A DNA stretch of 64,000 nt from a bacterium. GTDB taxonomy: Bacteria; Patescibacteriota; Minisyncoccia; UBA6257; HR35. Each line of letters begins with the position of its first letter. Position 1 is the first letter of the stretch. The stretch covers positions 38,101 to 102,100 of the forward strand of contig JBEQAR010000002.1 of the NCBI GenBank assembly GCA_041640295.1, written 5' to 3'. Made by a program: the position numbers and the translations under genes. Shown in pieces: positions 50,912 through 59,091 of the stretch. The notes beneath the pieces are model-generated. The model made no database searches, was not told the origin of the DNA, and saw only the letters and a list, made by a program, of their open reading frames with translations.

Positions 50912-52750
50912 ATGCGCTGGATTGAAGAAGAAATCCTTTTACCCAATTCATCCCAGTTATTTAAAAAAATTCATTTTCCTTATTATCTAAAAATTTTGTT
51001 TATTATAGCTTACTTAGTATTATTTTTCTTCGCTTTTAAAATTTTTATTATTAACAAGAATCAATGGTTAATTTTAGCCCAAGCAAATAATAGACTTAAT
51101 ATTATTACTCCAGCTCCGCGCGGTTTAATTTTAGATAGAAATAATAAAACTTTAGCTGCTAACGAGGTTTCCTTTGATTTAATTATTAATCTTAATTTAA
51201 TTACAGACCAGGAAAGATTATTTTTTGAAAAATTAATTGCAGAAAATCAATTAGATTCAACCATTAATTTTAATCAATTGATTATCAAAAATATTCCAAA
51301 ACAATTAGCTTCATCAATAGTCGTTCAATATAATAATTTTTTAAAAGTTAGGTTAATTGATTCTTATAAAAGGGTTTATCCCTTAGGTTTAGGGTTTGGT
51401 AATTTGATTGGTTATTTAGGTTTTCCTTCTGCAGATGAAATTGAAAAATATAATTATGAGCCTAATATTTATATAGGTAAATTAGGTATCGAAGCTTATT
51501 ATCAAAATTATTTATCTGGTAAAAATGGTGAAATTATTCTTGAGAAAGACAATAAATTAAATATTATTAAAACCATTAGAGACAAAGAACCACAAATAGG
51601 TTATTCACTTAAATTAACTATTGATAGTAATTTTCAAAAAAAAGCTTATGAGATAATTGATAACTATATGAAAGAAAATGGTTATCATAAGGGTGGTTTA
51701 ATTGTCATAAATCCTTACTCGGGAGAGATTCTAAGTTTAATTTCTTATCCTGATTTTGATAATAATTTATTTATTAATAAATCCGAGAAAGTAAAAGAAA
51801 TTTTAATTGATCCTAAGCAACCATTGTTTAATAGAATAGTTTCAGGTTTATATGCACCAGGATCAGTAGTTAAACCTATTGTTGCCTTAGCTGCCTTGGA
51901 AGAAAAAATTATTAATCCCGAAAAAAAAATTTATTCAAGCGGAGAACTAAAAATACCTAATCCTTATTTTCCTGAAAGATATTCAATATTCAAAGACTGG
52001 AAGGTTCATGGTTGGGTTAATATGAAAGAAGCAATTGCTAACTCTGTTAATGTTTATTTTTATACGATTGGTGGTGGTTATAATGAACAAAAGGGTTTAG
52101 GGGTTTATAAAATTAAAAAATATTTCGAACTTTATGGTTTGGGGCAAAAAACTGGTATTGATTTTCCTGGAGAGAAAGATGGCTTTATTCCAGATCCAGA
52201 AACAAAGAAAAATAATTTGGTAGATAAAATTTGGCGATTAGGAGATACTTATAATTTAAGTATTGGTCAGGGGGATTTAACAGTTACTCCTCTTCAAATT
52301 GCTATTTTCACTTCGGCTTTAGTAACAAATAGATTAATTAAACCCTATTTAGTTAAAGAAATTTTAGATGAAAAACAAAAAATAATTTTTAAAAATCAAC
52401 CCCAAGTAATTAAAGAAAATTTAGCATCACCTGAAAATTTAAAAATTATCCAGGAAGGAATGAGAATGACTGTTACCCAAGGGACTGCTAAACAATTAAA
52501 TTATGCTATAGTGTCGATTGCTGGAAAAAGTGGTACCCCTGAAATTTTAGGTAAAAAAAAGCTTAATGCTTTTTTTACCGGCTATGCTCCTTATGAAAAT
52601 CCTGAAATTGTTATGACGTTGTTTATTGAAGAAGTTCCTATTGGTTCAATTGCTACCCTTCCTCTTTATCGTGATCTAATAAACCTTTATTTTGAAAATA
52701 AATATAAAAAAAATAATAATGACGAAAATTTAAATTCGTTAGAAGAATAG
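50912..52750 (+). CDS. mrdA: Penicillin-binding protein 2
   Basis: RGLILDRN, PGSVVK (SxxK), SVN (SxN), KSG. Confidence 0.93.
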   Translation: MRWIEEEILLPNSSQLFKKIHFPYYLKILFIIAYLVLFFFAFKIFIINKNQWLILAQANNRLNIITPAPRGLILDRNNKTLAANEVSFDLIINLNLITDQERLFFEKLIAENQLDSTINFNQLIIKNIPKQLASSIVVQYNNFLKVRLIDSYKRVYPLGLGFGNLIGYLGFPSADEIEKYNYEPNIYIGKLGIEAYYQNYLSGKNGEIILEKDNKLNIIKTIRDKEPQIGYSLKLTIDSNFQKKAYEIIDNYMKENGYHKGGLIVINPYSGEILSLISYPDFDNNLFINKSEKVKEILIDPKQPLFNRIVSGLYAPGSVVKPIVALAALEEKIINPEKKIYSSGELKIPNPYFPERYSIFKDWKVHGWVNMKEAIANSVNVYFYTIGGGYNEQKGLGVYKIKKYFELYGLGQKTGIDFPGEKDGFIPDPETKKNNLVDKIWRLGDTYNLSIGQGDLTVTPLQIAIFTSALVTNRLIKPYLVKEILDEKQKIIFKNQPQVIKENLASPENLKIIQEGMRMTVTQGTAKQLNYAIVSIAGKSGTPEILGKKKLNAFFTGYAPYENPEIVMTLFIEEVPIGSIATLPLYRDLINLYFENKYKKNNNDENLNSLEE

Positions 52751-52761
52751 AAAATTTTTTA

Positions 52762-53274
52762 TTAAATTTTATAAATATAAAAATTTCCAATATTTTTAAT
52801 CATATTTAAATTTTTAAATTGAAAGGCGAAATTTATTATTAAAGCCCCCCTTTTTGCTTCTTTTATAATTTTTTTCTCTAATAAATTATTAGCTAATTGA
52901 TATTGAAAAAGAAAAATCACATCGAAATCAGATAAATTAATTTTCCACATATTTCCCCAGATAATTCTTGCTCTTTTTTCTTTTTTTAATTTTATCTTAA
53001 GCCAACTGATTAAAGCCAAAATTGGATTTATTTCAATACCATAAGATTCATATCCATTTTTAGCAAATTCAATAACTACTTTTCCATCTCCAGAACCTAA
53101 ATCAATAAATTTATTATTTTTATATCCAGATTTTTTAAGAAAATTAAAAACTTCTTGCAAATCATTTAAATCTTTAGATTTCATTAAAGAAGGTAAAAAC
53201 GGAGCACCGAAAAAAATAAGAGGTATAACTAAAAAAATAAAACCTAAAATTATTAAAAATTTAATAAAAACCAT
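52762..53274 (-). CDS. Membrane-associated SAM-dependent methyltransferase
   Basis: GAPFLP, DLGSGDG, GIEINP. Confidence 0.88.
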   Translation of the reverse strand: MVFIKFLIILGFIFLVIPLIFFGAPFLPSLMKSKDLNDLQEVFNFLKKSGYKNNKFIDLGSGDGKVVIEFAKNGYESYGIEINPILALISWLKIKLKKEKRARIIWGNMWKINLSDFDVIFLFQYQLANNLLEKKIIKEAKRGALIINFAFQFKNLNMIKNIGNFYIYKI

Positions 53275-53413
53275 TACTGTTTTTCATATTAGGTCAATAT
53301 AAATAAATTTATACGGAAAGTTGAAAAACCCTTAACATCTTATTATAATAATATTTAATAATATTATTAATATTAATTACTTTATTTTATTATAACGAAA
53401 AATTTTGACCATA

Positions 53414-54700
53414 ATGAAAAGATTATTAAACTTTATAGTTTTCTTCTATCTATTTATTTTGTTATTAACCGTAAATATTAGTTTAGCGAATAATAATTTC
53501 AGATTAGGTGATATTTTTAATTATTTTAAAAATTTGGTTTCCTCCCCCAACTCTAATAATTTAATTATTCCTGAAAGTACAGAAAATTTATTTCAAAATA
53601 TTCCCGAATATAAACCAGTTGTTGATTATGAAAATTTGATTACCCAAACAATTGAAAAAGTTTCACCAGCAGTTGTAAGTATTGTGATTAGTAAAGATGT
53701 GCCTGTTTTTGAAAAATATTATTATAGTCCTTTTGATGAGGATGAAGATTTCATTCCCCCAGAATTTAGAGAATTTTTTAAATTTGAAATTCCTCAATAT
53801 CGACAAAAAGGTACAGAAAAAAAGCAAGTTGGTGCGGGAACAGGTTTTATTATTTCAGCTGATGGTTTAATTGCTACCAATAAGCATGTTGTTGGAGATG
53901 AAAAAGCTGAATATACAATATTTTTAAATGATGGTAGAAAATTTAATGGTAAAGTAATTGCTGTTCACCCCCGAGACGATTTAGCTTTAGTTAAAATTAA
54001 TGCTAAAAATTTACCATCAATTAAATTAGGCGACTCTGATAAGATTAAATTAGGACAAACAGTAATTGCTATTGGCAATGCTTTAGGTGAATTTCAAAAT
54101 ACTGTTAGTGTTGGTGTTGTTTCTGGCCTAAGGCGAGCAATTACTGCAAGTGATGAAAGGGGAAATATTGAAAGATTAGAAAATCTTATCCAAACAGACG
54201 CTGCCATTAATCCTGGCAATTCCGGTGGACCATTAATTAATTTAAGGGGCGAAGTTATTGGCATAAATACTGCTATTGTAAGCGGAGCTCAAAATATCGG
54301 TTTCGCTATACCGATTAATAGATTAAAAAAGATGATTAATGAAGTTTTAACTAGAGGAAAAATTGAAATCCCATATTTGGGAATTAGATATATTTTAATT
54401 ACCGAAGAAGTGAAAAATAAATTTAATTTACCATTCGATTATGGAGCTTATATTTATTCTGACAATCCCAAACAGCCAGCAGTTATTCCTAATTCACCAG
54501 CTGAAAAATCAGGCTTAAAAGAAAAAGATATTGTCTTAGAATTAGATGGCCAAAAAATTACCCCTCAAAATAGTTTAGCTTATATGATTACTAATAAGAG
54601 AGTGGGAGAAAAGGTGAATTTAAAAATTTGGCGCAACGGTGAAATAATTAATCTTCAGGTAGTTTTAGAAAAGTTGCCCACTGAGCTTGAGAATCAATAA
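53414..54700 (+). CDS. htrA: HtrA/DegP-type serine protease with PDZ domain
   Basis: TNKHV, DLA, QTDAAINPGNSGGP. Confidence 0.95.
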   Translation: MKRLLNFIVFFYLFILLLTVNISLANNNFRLGDIFNYFKNLVSSPNSNNLIIPESTENLFQNIPEYKPVVDYENLITQTIEKVSPAVVSIVISKDVPVFEKYYYSPFDEDEDFIPPEFREFFKFEIPQYRQKGTEKKQVGAGTGFIISADGLIATNKHVVGDEKAEYTIFLNDGRKFNGKVIAVHPRDDLALVKINAKNLPSIKLGDSDKIKLGQTVIAIGNALGEFQNTVSVGVVSGLRRAITASDERGNIERLENLIQTDAAINPGNSGGPLINLRGEVIGINTAIVSGAQNIGFAIPINRLKKMINEVLTRGKIEIPYLGIRYILITEEVKNKFNLPFDYGAYIYSDNPKQPAVIPNSPAEKSGLKEKDIVLELDGQKITPQNSLAYMITNKRVGEKVNLKIWRNGEIINLQVVLEKLPTELENQ

Positions 54701-55226
54701 TCATCAATTCTAACAGCCCTTTTTCTATTACTCGAATAATAGCCAAACCTTCTTCTCGAGAAATTTCTAATTTTTCTTTTTTGCTTTTTATTACTTCTAA
54801 AACCTTAATTGCTTTTAAAAAATCTTTTTTATTATTAAAAACTGACTCGGGAAATTGATTATATTTTTCAAATAAATCATTGCCAGGATATTCATAGAGA
54901 TTAATAATTTCATTAAGATACTTATAAACTTTATTTAAAGCTGATAGGTGATCAACTAAAAATATATCTTTAATTTTTAACCATTCCTGATTAAAATTTT
55001 CCTGTTTTAAAAAAGCTTCTAAAAAATTTTTAATATTAGTTATTAAAATTGAAGTACCAATTTTGTATTTTCTTTCTAAATAAAAAAAATAATATAAAGC
55101 TAAAATAGAAAAAGTAAGAGAAATAATCATTAAGATTATCTTTAATTTTTTAAATTCAGGGGTGCCAAAAATTAAACCAGCGAAACTCCCAATAATTTCT
55201 AAAATCCTTTGAGCTAACTCGATCAT
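54648..55226 (-). CDS. Hypothetical membrane-anchored protein
   Basis: ORF coupled to the gatA stop; one to two TM segments. Confidence 0.6.
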   Translation of the reverse strand: MIELAQRILEIIGSFAGLIFGTPEFKKLKIILMIISLTFSILALYYFFYLERKYKIGTSILITNIKNFLEAFLKQENFNQEWLKIKDIFLVDHLSALNKVYKYLNEIINLYEYPGNDLFEKYNQFPESVFNNKKDFLKAIKVLEVIKSKKEKLEISREEGLAIIRVIEKGLLELMIIDSQAQWATFLKLPED

Positions 55227-56605
55227 AGCGGTTCAATTAATTTAGCTAATTCAAAAATTTTATATTCATCAAAAATATTCCCAATAACCTGAAGACCAAC
55301 AGGCAAATTATCTAAAAAACCAATAGGTATATTTAAGGCAGGTAAACCAGCTAAATTCGCCGGAATAGTGAAAATGTCTGATAAATACATTTCTAATGGA
55401 TTAGTAATTTTTTCTCCTAACTTAAAGGGTAAGGTAGGTGAAGTTGGTGCAATAATTAAGTCAACCTTTTTAAATGCATTCTGAAAATCTTCATAAATTG
55501 CCTTTCTTAATTTTTGAGCTTGAAGATAATAAGCTTCATAATAACCATGAGAAAGAACAAAAGTTCCAAGAATAATTCTTCTTTTTACTTCTTTGCCTAA
55601 AAATTTATCTCGGCTTAATTTATATATTTTCCAAAAATCGTTATTAACTACTCTCTGTCCATATCTAATGCCATCATATCTAGCTAAATTTGCACTGACT
55701 TCAGATGGCATCAAGATATAATAACAATGAATAGCATATTTAACATATTCTAAAGAAATTTCTTCAATATCGAAAGGTAATTTTTCTATTTTTTTTAAAA
55801 TTAAATTTTTAATCTTAACATCAAGGTTATCAAAGAATTCTTTCGGTAAGCCTATTTTTTCTATTTTGGTATCATTTATTTTCTCTTCAGGAAAACTAAC
55901 GCTTGTTGAATCTTTATTATCCTTTCCCCTTATTATATTAAAAAGCAAAATTAAATCATCTAAATTTCGAGCCATCGGACCTATTTGATCCAAAGAAGAA
56001 GCCATAGCAATTAAACCATATCGAGAAACAACTCCGTAAGTTGGTTTAAGTCCATAAATTCCGCAAAATCCAGCTGGTTGACGAATAGAACCACCAGTAT
56101 CAGATCCTAAAGCGACGGGTATTAACCCAGCACCAACCACAGCTGCTGATCCTCCCGATGAACCACCCGGAGTTCTTTGATTATCAAATGGGTTATAAGT
56201 TAATTGATAGGCAGAGTTTTCAGTTGAAGAGCCCATTGCAAATTCATCTAAATTAGTTTTACCAACAATCACTCCACCAGCTTGAATTATTTTTTCAACA
56301 ACTGTTGCATTATAAGGAGCAATATAATTTTCTAAAATTTTTGAACCAGCAGTACATTTTTCTCCCTTAACCAAGATATTATCTTTAATAGCAATTGGAA
56401 CACCATAAAGCGGTAATTCATCTGCGTTTTTATTTTTTAATTTATGAATTAATTCAAAAGCTAAATTTTCAGTAAAAAAAAGAAAGGCATTTAAATTTTC
56501 CTCTTTTTTCAACCACTCAAAATAATTTTTATAAAAATTTTCCAAACCTATTTTCCCTATAATTTTTTTTATATCAGAAATAGCCAAATTTCTAAAATTT
56601 TCCAT
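55223..56605 (-). CDS. gatA: Asp/Glu-tRNA amidotransferase subunit A
   Basis: GGSSGGS, GSDTGGSIRQP, ARYDGIRYG, EVKRRII.GT. Confidence 0.96.
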   Translation of the reverse strand: MENFRNLAISDIKKIIGKIGLENFYKNYFEWLKKEENLNAFLFFTENLAFELIHKLKNKNADELPLYGVPIAIKDNILVKGEKCTAGSKILENYIAPYNATVVEKIIQAGGVIVGKTNLDEFAMGSSTENSAYQLTYNPFDNQRTPGGSSGGSAAVVGAGLIPVALGSDTGGSIRQPAGFCGIYGLKPTYGVVSRYGLIAMASSLDQIGPMARNLDDLILLFNIIRGKDNKDSTSVSFPEEKINDTKIEKIGLPKEFFDNLDVKIKNLILKKIEKLPFDIEEISLEYVKYAIHCYYILMPSEVSANLARYDGIRYGQRVVNNDFWKIYKLSRDKFLGKEVKRRIILGTFVLSHGYYEAYYLQAQKLRKAIYEDFQNAFKKVDLIIAPTSPTLPFKLGEKITNPLEMYLSDIFTIPANLAGLPALNIPIGFLDNLPVGLQVIGNIFDEYKIFELAKLIEPL

Positions 56606-56640
56606 AAATATTTTTATTTTGAAATTTTTTATCTAATTTG

Positions 56641-56712
56641 AGCGGCGGACGGGATTTGAACCCGCGGCCTCCTGCATGGCAAGCAGGCGTTCTACCACTG
56701 AACTACCGCCGC
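56641..56712 (-). tRNA. tRNA-Gly(GCC)
   Basis: CCTGC-TTGCCAT-GCAGG anticodon arm. Confidence 0.95.
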
Positions 56713-56823
56713 TTTTTAGATGTATTATTTTAATTTAATTTTATAATAATTATATCATCATACCTTAAAAATTATTATAATTTATAAATTAAAAAATTTA
56801 GAAATAGAGAAAACACAAAACAA

Positions 56824-57687
56824 ATGATCGAAGAACTTCATGACGAAAAAGTAAAGTTTTTAGAAGAGAAGGCGAATGAAATAAGGCAGTTAATAATTGA
56901 GATGCTTTTAGAAGCTGGCTCAGGCCACTCTGCTGGACCACTTGGTATGGCTGATATTTTTTCTGCTTTTTATTTTCATATTTTGCGTCACGATCCTAAA
57001 AACCCCGACTGGGAAGATAGAGATAGATTAGTTTTATCAAATGGTCATATTTGCCCGGTTCGTTATGCAGCAATGGCACTTACTGGTTATTTTCCTGTTG
57101 AAGAATTAAAGACACTAAGAAAAATTAATACGCGGCTTCAAGGTCATCCTCACCGGACCGCTCTTCCTGGAGTTGAAACAACATCTGGTCCACTTGGTGA
57201 AGGAATCTCTCAAGCTATTGGTATGGCTATTGCTGGAAAACTTGATAAAAAAGATTACCATGTCTATTGTATAACTTCTGACGGTGAGCATCAAGAAGGA
57301 AATACCTGGGAAGCTTATATGTTCTTGGGCAAAAATCAACTTGATAATTTAACAATAATCATTGATAGAAACTATATTCAAATTGATGGAGTAACTGAAG
57401 ATGTTATGCCACTTGAACCATTAAAGCAGAAATTAGAAAGTTTCGGACTTCATGTTTTAGAAGTTGATGGTCATAATATTCGAGCTTTTGTTGATGCTAT
57501 AAGAGAAGCAAGATCAGAATGGCGAAGAACTTCGGTAATTATTGCTTATACAATTCCGGGCAAAGGAGTTGATTTTATGGAAAAGAAATTTGAATGGCAC
57601 GGTAAACCACCCAACAAAGAAGAAGCCAAAAAAGCCTTAGATGAACTAAGAACCTTAGGAGGCAAAATTCAAAGTGAACATCAATAA
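56824..57687 (+). CDS. Transketolase, N-terminal (TPP-binding) subunit
   Basis: SGH, LSNGH, LQGHP, GPLGEG, SDGEHQEG, WHG. Confidence 0.95.
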   Translation: MIEELHDEKVKFLEEKANEIRQLIIEMLLEAGSGHSAGPLGMADIFSAFYFHILRHDPKNPDWEDRDRLVLSNGHICPVRYAAMALTGYFPVEELKTLRKINTRLQGHPHRTALPGVETTSGPLGEGISQAIGMAIAGKLDKKDYHVYCITSDGEHQEGNTWEAYMFLGKNQLDNLTIIIDRNYIQIDGVTEDVMPLEPLKQKLESFGLHVLEVDGHNIRAFVDAIREARSEWRRTSVIIAYTIPGKGVDFMEKKFEWHGKPPNKEEAKKALDELRTLGGKIQSEHQ

Positions 57688-57755
57688 ACGCGAATGCTTG
57701 TGAATAAGATAATGTTCAATTTGTTTTATATGATAATCTGGTATAATTAAATAAA

Positions 57756-57926
57756 ATGTTAAAAACAGAAAATAAAAAAATATTAAGAACTAGATACCCA
57801 AAAGCTACGACGAAAGAATATACTGCAAAATGGGATAAATTTTTAGAATTAGGTAAAAAATTAAATAAATTTTGGAAAACAGATAAAACATTTCTAGAAA
57901 TTTTAAAAGAAGAAAGAATAAAATAA
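57756..57926 (+). CDS. Putative antitoxin (56 aa) for the downstream PIN toxin
   Basis: Hand-read ORF ending LEILKEER, 1 nt before the PIN gene; TGGTATAAT at 57739-57747. Confidence 0.6.
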   Translation: MLKTENKKILRTRYPKATTKEYTAKWDKFLELGKKLNKFWKTDKTFLEILKEERIK

Positions 57927-57927
57927 A

Positions 57928-58332
57928 ATGTACTGTCTCGATGCTAGTGTAATTGTAAGTAGTCAATTAAAAAAAGAAGTATTCTATTTTCAAAGTAAAA
58001 GATTTTTAGAGCGAGTCAAAAGAGAAAAGATTAAAATTTTTTTACCTGAAATTGTCATTCCTGAAATAATTTCAGGAGTTTTTAGAGGTACGCAAAATAA
58101 GAAATTAACTTTAGAATTTGTATCTCTATTAAGAGAATTACCTAATTTTTTATTTATTCCGGTAGATGCTAAATTATCTAATCTTGCTGGATCTATAATT
58201 ACAGAAACAGGCTTAAAAGCCAATGATGCTATTTATGTAGCTTTAGCCTATGATTATGATTTAGAATTAATTACTCTTGATAAGGACCAATTAGAAAAAG
58301 GTAAAAAATTTGTAAAAACTAGAATGCCTTAA
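57928..58332 (+). CDS. vapC: PIN-domain (VapC-like) toxin
   Basis: LDASV, E, DAIYVALA, LITLD. Confidence 0.9.
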   Translation: MYCLDASVIVSSQLKKEVFYFQSKRFLERVKREKIKIFLPEIVIPEIISGVFRGTQNKKLTLEFVSLLRELPNFLFIPVDAKLSNLAGSIITETGLKANDAIYVALAYDYDLELITLDKDQLEKGKKFVKTRMP

Positions 58333-58333
58333 A

Positions 58334-58441
58334 ATGCTAAATCCAGAACTTAAATTAAATCCAAAAATTTTTTAAGAAGCGGAGCAAAAGTCGATAAGAG
58401 ATGGTTATGGTGATGCTTTAGTTGAATTCGGTGAGAAAAAT
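58334..58441 (+). pseudogene. Decayed duplicate of the first ~110 nt of the transketolase C-terminal gene
   Basis: ATGCTAAATCCAGAACTTAAATTAAATCCAAAAATTTTT is identical to 59092 onward, then a TAA stop and scattered changes. Confidence 0.9.
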
Positions 58442-58565
58442 TAATAAAGGTCTTTGTTATTAAAAAGTATAAGAGAATTACTAAAAGATAAAACTTTAGT
58501 ACTTGAAAATTTTAACCAGAAAGTGATCCTTGGGTCTGTCTTAATTAATGTTATAATTTAATATC

Positions 58566-58799
58566 ATGAAGAAAAAAATTTACAATTATACAGCCATTTT
58601 TGAAAAAAATGAATTAGGCGGATATACTGTTATTGTTCCTGCATTGCCCGGTTTGGTTACTGAAGGAAATGATTTAATAGAAGCAAAGAAAAATGCTGAA
58701 GAAGCTATTAGATGCTATCTAGAAGGTTTATTAAAAGATAAGAAAAAGATTCCTGAAGAAAAAGAAATTGCTCAGATGAGGCTTGAAATCAAAATTTAA
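58566..58799 (+). CDS. hicB: HicB family antitoxin (short form)
   Basis: GGYTVIVPALPGLVTEG....EA..NAEEAI. Confidence 0.92.
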   Translation: MKKKIYNYTAIFEKNELGGYTVIVPALPGLVTEGNDLIEAKKNAEEAIRCYLEGLLKDKKKIPEEKEIAQMRLEIKI

Positions 58800-59042
58800 A
58801 TGCCTAAATTACCGAGAATTTCTTCACAAAAATTAATAAAAGCTTTATTAAAATTAGGATTTTATATACATCATCAAGTAGGCAGTCATATTCATTTAAA
58901 ACATTTCTCTAAGACTCATTTAAGAGTAGTTATTCCAGCTAAAAGAGAATCATTATCTCCCAAAACTTTAAAATCAATATTAGTTCAGGCAGAGATTACA
59001 ATAGAAGATTTAAAGAAAGTTATTATAATTAATAGAAAATAA
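58800..59042 (+). CDS. hicA: HicA family toxin
   Basis: MPKLP...LIKAL.KLGF....GSH...TLKSIL.QA. Confidence 0.92.
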   Translation: MPKLPRISSQKLIKALLKLGFYIHHQVGSHIHLKHFSKTHLRVVIPAKRESLSPKTLKSILVQAEITIEDLKKVIIINRK

Positions 59043-59091
59043 AGATTAATAGAAAATAAATATTTTTTTAATTAGAATTTTTTTAACACAA

